Part shown: positions 11,527-20,818 of the stretch, one piece after another
Numbering within the stretch: position 1 is the stretch's first letter
How the letters are laid out: the number at the start of each line of letters is the position of its first letter
From: Desulfobacterales bacterium
Lineage (GTDB): Bacteria > Desulfobacterota > Desulfobacteria > Desulfobacterales > UBA2174
Length of the DNA: 64,000 nucleotides
NCBI GenBank assembly: GCA_963668645.2
Contig: CAXXWC010000019.1
Location: forward strand, 128,001 to 192,000
Direction of reading: 5' to 3'
Position numbers and translations under genes: made by a program
The notes under the pieces: generated by a model
Databases searched by the model: none
What the model was told of the DNA's origin: nothing
What the model saw: the letters and a program-made list of their open reading frames with translations, nothing else

Positions 11527-12180
11527 CTAAATTTGGCCGGCCCGGGCCATGGATTCTTTGAAAATCCGGTAAAAATGGGCGTTGTCCGAAATCCCGCGTT
11601 TCAAAATTTTGGCCAGGGTGTCAAGGTCGCCCACGTGGACCACCAGGTTGGCGCTTTTGTGAAAGGCCGCCATATTGTCCATGGTCCGGAAGCGATCGCT
11701 GACCAGGGCCACGAAGATGTTGCGGCGAAAGCCCATCGGCAGCCGTTCAAGGTAGCGCAGCACACTGTTGCGATCTGGATCAGGGGTGTCGAAACGTTCG
11801 TTGATCACCACCAGGTCAAAGGTGTGAAACCGCATCCTTTTGAGCGCTTCCCGAGCCGAGGCCGCCTCGGTGATGTAAAAGCCCATCTGCCTCAAGGCGG
11901 CGTGAATCTTGGGCCGGTATTCCGGATCGTTTTCACAGATGATGGATGTCTGGGCCCCTTCTTCGATGAAGTCGAAAGGCCGTTCGGACGCATCGTAACC
12001 GCCGGCCGAAACCTCGTTTAAAATCCCCCCCTGCCCGTCCGGAGACCCGTTGCCGGATCGGGGCTGGACAGTAAATTTTTGCTGACATTTTGGGCATTTC
12101 AAGGCAAACGCCTTGCCCGGCGGGACCTTCTCGTCAGAGACCCTGAAGCGGGTCTCGCAGTGCTGGCAGATGACATCCAT
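11527..12180 (-). CDS. MJ0042-type zinc-ribbon protein with C-terminal receiver-like domain
   Basis: CQHC...CPKC finger, then a CheY-like pattern (IICEND...FDLVVINE); RBS GAGGAGG. Confidence 0.8.
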   Translation of the reverse strand: MDVICQHCETRFRVSDEKVPPGKAFALKCPKCQQKFTVQPRSGNGSPDGQGGILNEVSAGGYDASERPFDFIEEGAQTSIICENDPEYRPKIHAALRQMGFYITEAASAREALKRMRFHTFDLVVINERFDTPDPDRNSVLRYLERLPMGFRRNIFVALVSDRFRTMDNMAAFHKSANLVVHVGDLDTLAKILKRGISDNAHFYRIFKESMARAGQI

Positions 12181-12202
12181 CCAATGCCTCCTCGGTCCGT
12201 TC

Positions 12203-13381
12203 TCAGAAAGGGGATCGATCCTTTTTGCCGTACGCGAAATCGACCGCAAGCCCCTCGATGTCCGTGGTGGCCTCACCCCGTTTGCTCTTGACCGCGTCGA
12301 TGCCCCGGCTCGTGACGGCCAGGCGCGAAGCGTAGGCCAAGGCCGTCTCCTCGGTGATCAATCCCTTTTCGTAAAGCCCCACGATAAATTCGTCGAAGGT
12401 GGTCATGCCGAAGGCGGTGCCCTGCTGGATGATCTCATAGAAGGTCTTGCCCTCGGACTCACCGTTGAGGATGCTGTCCTTGACCCGCAGGTTCGACCCC
12501 ATGATTTCAAATGCCGCCACACGGCTGCCCCCCACTTTGGGCAAAAGGCGCTGGCAAACGATCCAGCGCATGGTATCGGCAAGGCGGATGCGGATCTGCT
12601 TTTCCTCTTCGATGCTGAACATGCCCAGGATGCGGTTGATGGTCTGGCCCGCATCCACCGTATGCAGAGTGGTCAGCACCAGGTGCCCGGTTTCGGCGGC
12701 CGACAGACCGATTTCCACCGTTTCGCGGTCGCGCATCTCGCCCACCAGGATAACCTTCGGCGCCTGGCGCAGGGCCGCGCGCAGCCCGTTGGCAAAAGTG
12801 TCGAAATCGTTGCCCATCTCACGCTGGTTGAACGTCGACTTCTTGTGGGGGTGCTGGTACTCAACCGGGTCTTCCAGGGTAACCACATGCACCGATTTGG
12901 ACTCGTTGATCTGGTTGAGCACGGCGGCCAGAGAGGTGGTCTTGCCGCTGCCGGTGGCCCCGGTAACGAAAACGATCCCGTTTTTCTCTTGGGCGATCTT
13001 CTTGAAGGCAGCCGGCAGATTGAGATCATCGATGGTGGGGATCTTGGATTCGAGCTTACGCAGGACGGTGGAGATATTGCCACGCTGGGAAAAGACGTTC
13101 ACTCGGAAACGCGCCTTTCCCGGCAGTTCGTAGGAAAGGTCGCAGGAGCCCTCGGCCAGCAGGTTGTCGGTCAAACGCCGGTTGCGGTTGATCAGGTTGA
13201 GGCCGAGAATCTCGGTCTGAAACGGGGTCAGTTCTTCGAAGTCCGGCTGAAAAGGAACGCTGACCAGTTGCCCGGAGCTTTCCACCTGGAACGGCTTGCC
13301 GGCGGTAACGTTCAAATCCGATACGTTGTCGTGGGAATCGAGCATCCGGGCCAGAATATAATCGATTTCCTGTCTGCGCAT
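12203..13381 (-). CDS. PilT/PilU-family type IV pilus ATPase
   Basis: GATGSGKTT, TLEDPVE, ALRQAPKVILVGEMRD and GHLVLTTLH motifs. Confidence 0.92.
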   Translation of the reverse strand: MRRQEIDYILARMLDSHDNVSDLNVTAGKPFQVESSGQLVSVPFQPDFEELTPFQTEILGLNLINRNRRLTDNLLAEGSCDLSYELPGKARFRVNVFSQRGNISTVLRKLESKIPTIDDLNLPAAFKKIAQEKNGIVFVTGATGSGKTTSLAAVLNQINESKSVHVVTLEDPVEYQHPHKKSTFNQREMGNDFDTFANGLRAALRQAPKVILVGEMRDRETVEIGLSAAETGHLVLTTLHTVDAGQTINRILGMFSIEEEKQIRIRLADTMRWIVCQRLLPKVGGSRVAAFEIMGSNLRVKDSILNGESEGKTFYEIIQQGTAFGMTTFDEFIVGLYEKGLITEETALAYASRLAVTSRGIDAVKSKRGEATTDIEGLAVDFAYGKKDRSPF

Positions 13382-13407
13382 GACGCACCCCTTTGCGGCG
13401 GCCGGGC

Positions 13408-14490
13408 TCAGGCCTCGGTGAAGTCGGTGGGCGGATTTCTAAGCAAGGGCCGGAAACGGGCCTTGTCATTGGCCTTCATGTAGGCCTCGTCGGCACCGAT
13501 CCAGCCTCTGTTGAGCAGCCCCATGATAGCATCGTCCAGAAGCTGCATCCCGTAACGTTTGCCGGTTTGGATCATGGACGGCAGTTGGTGGGTCTTGGCC
13601 TCGCGAATCAGGTTGCGCACCGCCGAATTGGCGATGAGGATCTCCAGCGCAGCGCAGCGTCCCTTGCGGTCGATGCGCTTGAAGAGCACCTGCGCCACCA
13701 CCGCTCTCAGACCGTCGGAGAGGGTCGAGCGGATCTGGGGCTGCTCGTTGGCCGGAAAGACCTCGATCACCCGGTCCACGGTCTTGGCCGCACTGGAGGT
13801 GTGCAAAGTGCCGAAAACGAGGTGGCCGGTGGAAGCGGCTTCGATGGCCAGACCGATGGTCTCCAGGTCACGCATCTCGCCGACCAGAATAATGTCCGGA
13901 TCCTCACGCAAGGCCCCTCGCAGCGCGGCGGAAAAAGAGCGGGTGTGGAGCCCCACCTCGCGGTGGTTCACGACGCAGTTTTGACTCTCGTGAACGAATT
14001 CGATGGGATCCTCGATGGTCAGGATGTGGTCCTTGCGCGTACGGTTGGCCTGGTCGATGATCGCCGCCAGGGTGGTCGACTTGCCGCTTCCCGTGGGGCC
14101 GGTGACCAGCACCAGGCCGCGGGGCAGGTTGGCCAGCTTGGAGATCACCGGCGGCAGCCCGAGCTGCTCGGTGGTCATGATCTTGGTGGGAATCTGACGG
14201 AAAACGGCCCCCACCCCGTATTTTTGCATGAAGAAGTTGGCCCGGTAGCGGGCCAGCCCGGGAATCTCGTAGCCGAAGTCAACATCCCCGGTCTCTTCGA
14301 AATGCTTGATCTTGTCCTCCGGGGCGATTTCATAAAGCATAGCGCGCAGCGTATCATCGTCCAGCACTTTGTACTTTACCCGCTCCAGGTCCCCTGTGAT
14401 CCGCAGCACCGGGGCCTGGCCGGAAATCAGGTGGAGGTCTGAAGCTCCCTGATCGTTCATCAGCTTAAAGAAAGCATCGATTTTGGCCAT
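13408..14490 (-). CDS. pilT: Type IV pilus retraction ATPase PilT
   Basis: GPTGSGKSTT, TIEDPIE, ALREDPD and the AIRNLIRE-like AVRNLIRE motif. Confidence 0.93.
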   Translation of the reverse strand: MAKIDAFFKLMNDQGASDLHLISGQAPVLRITGDLERVKYKVLDDDTLRAMLYEIAPEDKIKHFEETGDVDFGYEIPGLARYRANFFMQKYGVGAVFRQIPTKIMTTEQLGLPPVISKLANLPRGLVLVTGPTGSGKSTTLAAIIDQANRTRKDHILTIEDPIEFVHESQNCVVNHREVGLHTRSFSAALRGALREDPDIILVGEMRDLETIGLAIEAASTGHLVFGTLHTSSAAKTVDRVIEVFPANEQPQIRSTLSDGLRAVVAQVLFKRIDRKGRCAALEILIANSAVRNLIREAKTHQLPSMIQTGKRYGMQLLDDAIMGLLNRGWIGADEAYMKANDKARFRPLLRNPPTDFTEA

Positions 14491-14762
14491 CGCTGGTCCC
14501 TCTTAGTTTTAACAAAGGCCTTTCGGGCGCACAAAACGGGAAAAGCCGATTCTCTGACAGCGAGCCGTTGCGGCGGCTTCTCACCGTCAAAATTGCTGCA
14601 CTCCGGCCGCCGGTGTATCGAGCCGTCTGCCGTGCAGGGAAGACAAATCAGCCCGTTATTTCCCACGGTTGGCGTATTTGTAAAGATTAGCGGGAACCGG
14701 AATTGAAGGCAACCGAAAAGATCGCACGCTCGAACGTGGAACGCCTCGTGGTGGAAAACGGT

Positions 14763-15065
14763 CTAGAGCAGAGCCCGGGCCAAGCCGTCAAGCGTGGCCA
14801 CCAGAAACTGCTGGAGGAAAATGATCGCCAGAAAAACGATGATGGGCGAAAAATCGATGCCACCGAACTGAAGCGGCACCATGCGCCGGATCCTTCCCAG
14901 AACCGGTTCCGTGATGTTGTATATAAAGCGCACGATGGGATTGTAGGGGTCCGGATTGACCCAGGAAAGCACAGCCCGGGCGATCACGACCCACATGTAG
15001 AAGTTGAGCAGATAATAGACCACCTTAGCGATGGCCAGCAAAAAATTGGCGAGGATTATGGACAT
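14763..15065 (-). CDS. yggT: YggT family membrane protein
   Basis: LSWVNPDPYNPIVRF...TEP...GGIDFSP signature. Confidence 0.9.
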   Translation of the reverse strand: MSIILANFLLAIAKVVYYLLNFYMWVVIARAVLSWVNPDPYNPIVRFIYNITEPVLGRIRRMVPLQFGGIDFSPIIVFLAIIFLQQFLVATLDGLARALL

Positions 15066-15241
15066 CTTGAATCCTATCGAGAGCAATGATCGTTAAAAGA
15101 CGCGGCGGGTCTTTCTACTCGACCGCCATTGCGGCTTTACCTCAAGCGGCCGCTGCGGTCAAGAAGGGCGGGTTATGCAAAAAACCTGGAAGCAGGATAC
15201 GGGGTTGGCTGCCAAACGCCGATAAATGGGAATCTGTAACC

Positions 15242-15442
15242 TCACCCGCCGGCAATCATCGGCACCAGATGGACCGTGGCCTCGTCGGGTACCGTCGTTT
15301 GGTCGAAGCGCGGCCGGGCCACGATGCGGCCGTTGACCCGCACCGCGGCGCAATCCTGGCCCTCGGGTACACGGTCGAGGATGTCCTTGACCGTGATACC
15401 CGCCTGCCAGGGGATCTGGATCTGATCGCCTACAATGATCAT
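15242..15442 (-). CDS. ThiS/MoaD-family sulfur carrier protein
   Basis: 66 aa, AVRVNG motif and C-terminal di-glycine (IAGG); follows the AOR gene. Confidence 0.88.
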   Translation of the reverse strand: MIIVGDQIQIPWQAGITVKDILDRVPEGQDCAAVRVNGRIVARPRFDQTTVPDEATVHLVPMIAGG

Positions 15443-15470
15443 CGCCCCGCCGGGGTTCTATGGTTGAACC

Positions 15471-17612
15471 TTACGCCGTAACCCCGTGTTCAGCCAGCAG
15501 CGCCACCACATCGGGAAAATCAATCCCCAGTCGCCGGGCAGTGGCCAGGGTGGGAATTCCGTCCGCGGTCCAGCCCCGTCGATGGTATACGGCGTCCTTG
15601 AGCTTTTCGTACTCCGCCTCCCGGTGCCGTCGCAGTCGTGCCACTTTTTCACCGGTCGAGAGGCCTTCGATCTCTTCTTGCCAGATCTCCTTGAGCTGTT
15701 TGTCGTAGCGCTCGCGGCGCGATTCGTACTCGTCTTCGGTCACCGGCCCCATGGCCCGGTAGGGAATCGTGTCGCCGTCGCGTTTTCCCTGGCCCATGCG
15801 CAGGTTGAAGATACGCTGGAAGTTGTAGACCTTCTCACTCATGGCGATCAAATCGTCGGGCCCCACGCGACGGCCGGTAACGGCCGAAAAGTAGTCGGCA
15901 TACCACTGAACGTGCTTGACCACCTTGGCCGGTTCGGGATTCTGCTTGTTGTCCTCGGGCACGATGTCATTCCACGGCAGCTTGCACAGACCGCAAAGAC
16001 TGAACCAGGTCCGGAACATGGGAAACCAGTGCAGCGCCTCGGCCTTCTGCTCGAAGGTCGGCATGAAGTTGTGGACCATATCCAGGAAAATCAGCCAGGC
16101 TTCGTCGTGCTGGGGCCCCTTGAGAGCCAACCCGTACCCCCCCTGCTGGGCCAGCGATTCCTTGGTCATGTACTCGGAAAACTCCAGCCCTTTGGACTCC
16201 ATGCCGATATCGGCCATGACGGCCGCATCGGCGCCGAAGCGTTCGGCGAAAATCTGTTTCATGCGCCGGATGCCCTGGCCCACCAGAAGGCCGAAGCCCT
16301 CGCCGCGGGCGATCTGGTGCATCACTTCAAGAACGGCAAGGCGGTTGCCGAAATTCAGCTCGAGCCCCCCGGTGTCGCTGCTGTCGATCAGCCCCAGCGT
16401 GTAGCACTCCAGGACAAAGGCCATCCCCGTCCCGAAGGAGATGGTGTCCAGGCCGTAGGTGTCGCAATAGAAATTGATTTCCAGCACGGTGTACGGATCG
16501 AAGATCCCCAGGTTCGAGCCGCAGCCGGCGATGGTCTCGTACTCAGGGCCATCGACGAACACGCGCTGGCCCTGATAGGGGCCGGTCATGGGCACGAAAT
16601 CGCGCACCCCGTGGGCGCAGGCCACCGTGCAGCCGCGCCAGCATCCGTCGAAGCCCGGATCGAAGATGTGCTCGTAGGTCTCTTCACCCAGATTGTTGCC
16701 GCCAGGATGGGCTCCGTAGCGGAAGTTGTTGACCGGCAGACAGTCGTGGGCGTTCATGATCGGTACCAGGTGGGTCGTACCGACCTTGGCCATGCGATTC
16801 TGCTTGGGATCGAGTTCGACGATCTCCTTGGCGTGCAGCTTGGCCACCTGGCGCAGGCCCGCCTTGTCGGCCGGGGCGTTGGTCTCCAGTGAGACCTGTC
16901 CCCAGCGGGCCACGACGGCCTTGATCCCCTTGCGGATCAGGACGGTGCCGATCCCGCCGCGGCCGGCCTGCTTGTAACGCACGCGGCGGCGTTTGGCATC
17001 GTACCAACTGAAATTGAGGCAGCCCCAGCGGCTGTGACGCGCCCCGGCGCCGGTGGTCACCACCGAGACGTCTACCGGTTTGCCCTGGCAAAAATGCGCG
17101 CTGAGTGCATCGGAAAGGCCGTAGGCATCGTCGCTGAGCCCCGGAGCCTCGAAGATCTCTATCTTTTCTTCGATGCCGTCGATGAGAATCACCTTTTCCG
17201 TCTCGCTGCGGCCGGTGAGGGTCAGGGCGTCGAATCCGGCGAACTTGAGATAGGGACCGAAATACCCGCCCACATTGGAGTCGACCGGGATCCCGGTCAA
17301 CGGCGAGATGGTCGTAACGATGCTCTTTCCCGATCCCGGGTAGCCGGGGGTCCCGCCCATGGGGCCCGAGGCAATGCAAACGGCGTTTTGTGGATCGTCC
17401 CAGCCCGTCTCATCGCGCACGGCCTGCCACATCAGCCACAGGTCGAATCCCTTGCCCCCGATGAAGATCGCCTTCATCGTGTCGTCGACCGGCTCGATGC
17501 GGATCGCATCGGCGCCGATGTCCACCGCCAGGGTCTGGTTGGCGTACCCCTTGTCGATCGTCGGCCGCGCATAGCTCAGGGTGGTCAGGGACTTGAGTTG
17601 CAGCTCGGTCAT
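15471..17612 (-). CDS. Aldehyde:ferredoxin oxidoreductase family protein (W/Mo-pterin)
   Basis: FIGGKG, TISPLTG..DSNVGG, GRGGIG, CWRGCTVAC, GPEYET and CDTYGLDTIS motifs; ATGA overlap with the regulator. Confidence 0.92.
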   Translation of the reverse strand: MTELQLKSLTTLSYARPTIDKGYANQTLAVDIGADAIRIEPVDDTMKAIFIGGKGFDLWLMWQAVRDETGWDDPQNAVCIASGPMGGTPGYPGSGKSIVTTISPLTGIPVDSNVGGYFGPYLKFAGFDALTLTGRSETEKVILIDGIEEKIEIFEAPGLSDDAYGLSDALSAHFCQGKPVDVSVVTTGAGARHSRWGCLNFSWYDAKRRRVRYKQAGRGGIGTVLIRKGIKAVVARWGQVSLETNAPADKAGLRQVAKLHAKEIVELDPKQNRMAKVGTTHLVPIMNAHDCLPVNNFRYGAHPGGNNLGEETYEHIFDPGFDGCWRGCTVACAHGVRDFVPMTGPYQGQRVFVDGPEYETIAGCGSNLGIFDPYTVLEINFYCDTYGLDTISFGTGMAFVLECYTLGLIDSSDTGGLELNFGNRLAVLEVMHQIARGEGFGLLVGQGIRRMKQIFAERFGADAAVMADIGMESKGLEFSEYMTKESLAQQGGYGLALKGPQHDEAWLIFLDMVHNFMPTFEQKAEALHWFPMFRTWFSLCGLCKLPWNDIVPEDNKQNPEPAKVVKHVQWYADYFSAVTGRRVGPDDLIAMSEKVYNFQRIFNLRMGQGKRDGDTIPYRAMGPVTEDEYESRRERYDKQLKEIWQEEIEGLSTGEKVARLRRHREAEYEKLKDAVYHRRGWTADGIPTLATARRLGIDFPDVVALLAEHGVTA

Positions 17613-18355
17613 GAAACACCTCTCATTTGGTTGACGTGAAGTTTCTCTTCTGACTCGTGCGCCTCCATGTAGCGGTGGAAGCGGTGCACATGGCTCTGGG
17701 CCATGACGCGGGCCTCGTCCGGCCTCCGGTTGCTCACGGCGCGCATGATGTCGCAAAGGTCCTTGTAGTTCTCTTCAAGCTCCCGTTCGTCCATGGGCAG
17801 GAACCGGTCGTAGTAACGGTGGATGTTCTCGTGGATCGAGTGAAACACGAAGATGTAGACCGGGTTGCCGGTGATCTCGCTCAGGGCCAGATGAAAGTCC
17901 CTGTCCGTCTGGATGAAGGCTTCGCGGTCTGTGGCGGCCACGTATCGGGCCGCATGGTCGAGGATGGCCTGCAACCGCTGCAGGTCTTCGTCCCCGGCCC
18001 GCTGGGTCGCCAGGGAGGCCACGTTGCCTTCCATCCCCTCGCGAAACTCGGCCAGGTGCTTGAGCGAGACCTTGCGCGAACGGATGAGCAGCGCCAGGGT
18101 CTCGCTGGCCTGGTCGCTGCTGAGGCCCCGCACCACCGCCCCGCCGCGCACCCCGAGCCGGATCTCGACCAGACCGCGCTCCTCGAGCACCCTCAGAGCC
18201 TCTCGCAGCGTGCCGCGGCTGGTGTTGAACATCTGGCGCAGCTCGCGTTCGGCCGGCAACACGTCGCCCGTCTCGAGCCGGCCGTCAAGGATGGCGTCCT
18301 GGATCTGGTTGACAACATCCTGAAAGATGCGGTTCTGCGATGCCTGGTGGAACAT
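17609..18355 (-). CDS. GntR/FadR-family transcriptional regulator
   Basis: LPAERELRQMFNTSRGTLREAL winged HTH, plus FCD domain (DRDFH...TGN). Confidence 0.93.
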   Translation of the reverse strand: MFHQASQNRIFQDVVNQIQDAILDGRLETGDVLPAERELRQMFNTSRGTLREALRVLEERGLVEIRLGVRGGAVVRGLSSDQASETLALLIRSRKVSLKHLAEFREGMEGNVASLATQRAGDEDLQRLQAILDHAARYVAATDREAFIQTDRDFHLALSEITGNPVYIFVFHSIHENIHRYYDRFLPMDERELEENYKDLCDIMRAVSNRRPDEARVMAQSHVHRFHRYMEAHESEEKLHVNQMRGVS

Positions 18356-18392
18356 GATCTATCCTTCCGGGAATGGCCATGCTATTGCGATT

Positions 18393-18407
18393 AATGGTTA
18401 AACCATT
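18393..18407. promoter_or_regulatory. FadR-type operator 1 (AATGGTTAAACCATT)
   Basis: Palindrome AATGGT-N3-ACCATT overlapping the likely -10 of a minus-strand promoter (TTGACA at 18434-18429). Confidence 0.75.
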
Positions 18408-18614
18408 CCTAACGAATTCTCCTGCCGATGTCAAGCCGTATAAACAGAAATATGCCGTAAAATCATCCCGCCAGGACGGCTCTCATTTGTGCTATTTACG
18501 TACCACAGATCTGAAAACCGGCGACGTAAATGATATTTTTCCTTTTATTCCGGAATGTTTTAGAATAATAAGCGAACACCAAAAATACTTTGACAAACAC
18601 CGACAATCGCGCTA

Positions 18615-18629
18615 AATGGTTTTACCATT
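18615..18629. promoter_or_regulatory. FadR-type operator 2 (AATGGTTTTACCATT)
   Basis: Second copy of the same palindrome, overlapping the likely -10 of a plus-strand promoter (TTGACA at 18590-18595). Confidence 0.75.
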
Positions 18630-18730
18630 GAGGCCATACGCATCGAAGTCCCGGCACCATGGAGTCGCCGACGCGATGCACCATATCCCCTACGGCGGCC
18701 TTTGCCGCCCTACTTAAAAGGAGGACCTTC

Positions 18731-20818
18731 ATGGGCGAACACCGGATCCGCCGCCACCCGATCCTGGACGTGCCCGACCAGCGGAAGGTGACCTTCACCT
18801 GGAACGGTCGGCCGCTGGAGGGCCACGCCGGCGAAATGATCTCCTCGGCCCTGATCGCCAACGGCATCCACGTCTTCGGACACCATCACAAGGACCATAG
18901 CCCTCAGGGCATCTATTGCGCCAACGGCCAGTGCAGCCAGTGCCTGGTCATGGCCGACGGCCGGCCGGTCAAATCGTGCATGACAGCACTGACCGCCGGC
19001 ATGACCATCGAAAGCGTCGAAGGGCTGCCCCGCCTGCCGGCCGATGACGCCCCGGTCTCCACGGCGGCCATCGAAACCATCGATACCGACGTGTTGATCA
19101 TCGGCGGCGGTCCGGCCGGGTTGTCGGCCGCCGTGGAGCTTGGCAAACTCGAGGTGCCGACCATCCTGGTGGATGACAAGGACAGGCTCGGCGGCAAACT
19201 GGTGCTTCAGACCCACAAGTTCTTCGGTTCTGTGGCCGACTCGCACGCCGGCACGCGCGGCTACCAGATCGGTGAACTGCTCGCCGCTCAGGTCGCGGCC
19301 CTCGCCTCGGTCGAGATCCTGCTCGAAACCACCGCCGTGGGGGTCTTCGCCGACGGGCTGGTGGGCACGGTCACCGGCGGGCGCTACCGGCTGATCCGCC
19401 CCAAGAAGCTGCTGGTGGCCACCGGAGCCCGGGAAAAAATGCTCTCGTTTCCCGGTAACACCCTGCCGGGGGTCTACGGCGCCGGTGCGTTCCAGACCCT
19501 GGTCAACCGCGACCTAGTGCGCGCCAGCGAACGGGTGCTGATCGTCGGCGGCGGCAATGTCGGCCTGATCGCCGGCTACCACGCCATCCAGGCGGGCATC
19601 GAGGTGGTGGCCCTGATCGAGGCACTGCCAGAGGTTGGCGGCTACAAGGTGCATGCCGACAAGCTGAAGCGCCTCGGCGTGCCGATCTTCACCGGCCATA
19701 CCATCGTCTCGGCCCAGGGCGACGAGCACGTCAAGACCGCCACCATCGCCCGGCTGGACGAAAAATGGCAGGTCGTACCCGGCACCCATCGAACCTACGA
19801 AGTGGACACGGTGCTCATCGCTGTGGGCCTGGCCGAGGTCAACGAATTCGCCCTCAAGGCCCGCGCCTTCGGCTTGGACGTCTATGCCGCTGGCGACGCC
19901 CAGGAAATCGCCGAGGCGTCGGCGGCGATGTTCACCGGACGCATCGAGGGATTCAAGATCGCCTGTGCCCTGGGCCTGCCGGTGGGCGAGATGCCCGCCG
20001 ACTGGGACGCCAAGGCGGCCATCCTCAAATCGCGGCCGGGAAAGGTCGTGGCACCGGTGCCACCCGCCGCCGAGACCGGCGTGTTTCCCGTGTTTCACTG
20101 CACCCAGGAGGTGCCGTGCAACCCGTGCACCTCGGTCTGCCCCGTCGGGGCGATCCACACCGAAAACGACACCCTCACCGGCCTGCCCTACCGCGACGAA
20201 ACCGAGGAATGCACCGGCTGCATGGCGTGCGCGGCAATCTGCCCGGGGCTGGCCATCACGGTGGTCGACTACCGCAAGGACCCCCAGCGCCCTCTGGTAA
20301 CCCTGCCCTACGAGGTCTGGCGCGAGGCCGTCGAGGTCGGCCAGACCATCACAGTCACCGACCGCGAGGGCGCCGTCCTGGGTGAGGCGGCCGTCGAGAA
20401 GATCCGCGTCAAGAAGCAGTACCCCCAGACCCTGCTCGTGCAGCTGCGCCTCGACCGGGCCATGGCCAAACAGGCCGTGGGAATCCGGGTCCAGGCCCGG
20501 GAGGCTGAACCGTCGACCCTTTACGAGAACGCCCCTTTGCCCGACGAGGCGGTGGTCTGCCGCTGCGAGCGGGTCACGGCCGGTGAAATCCGTGCCGCCA
20601 TCCACCAAGGGGTGCGCGACATCAACCAGCTGAAGGCTCTGACGCGCACCGGCATGGGCGCCTGCGGCTCAAAAACCTGCCGTCCCATGGTATGGCGGAT
20701 CTTTCAGGAAGAAGGGATCGACCTGGGTGAGGTGACCGACCGCACCGACCGCCCCCTCTTCGTGGAGGTCCCCATGGGCGTTCTGGCCGGAATCGAGGGA
20801 GGTGAGAGCGATGACTGA
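18731..20818 (+). CDS. Fused 2Fe-2S/FAD oxidoreductase/4Fe-4S/BFD-like protein (sarcosine/opine/dye-linked proline dehydrogenase alpha-type)
   Basis: GIYCANGQCSQC...SC; IIGGGPAG; ATGARE; CNPCTSVCP and CTGCMACAAICP; CRCE...GMGACGSKTC; RBS AGGAGG. Confidence 0.88.
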   Translation: MGEHRIRRHPILDVPDQRKVTFTWNGRPLEGHAGEMISSALIANGIHVFGHHHKDHSPQGIYCANGQCSQCLVMADGRPVKSCMTALTAGMTIESVEGLPRLPADDAPVSTAAIETIDTDVLIIGGGPAGLSAAVELGKLEVPTILVDDKDRLGGKLVLQTHKFFGSVADSHAGTRGYQIGELLAAQVAALASVEILLETTAVGVFADGLVGTVTGGRYRLIRPKKLLVATGAREKMLSFPGNTLPGVYGAGAFQTLVNRDLVRASERVLIVGGGNVGLIAGYHAIQAGIEVVALIEALPEVGGYKVHADKLKRLGVPIFTGHTIVSAQGDEHVKTATIARLDEKWQVVPGTHRTYEVDTVLIAVGLAEVNEFALKARAFGLDVYAAGDAQEIAEASAAMFTGRIEGFKIACALGLPVGEMPADWDAKAAILKSRPGKVVAPVPPAAETGVFPVFHCTQEVPCNPCTSVCPVGAIHTENDTLTGLPYRDETEECTGCMACAAICPGLAITVVDYRKDPQRPLVTLPYEVWREAVEVGQTITVTDREGAVLGEAAVEKIRVKKQYPQTLLVQLRLDRAMAKQAVGIRVQAREAEPSTLYENAPLPDEAVVCRCERVTAGEIRAAIHQGVRDINQLKALTRTGMGACGSKTCRPMVWRIFQEEGIDLGEVTDRTDRPLFVEVPMGVLAGIEGGESDD

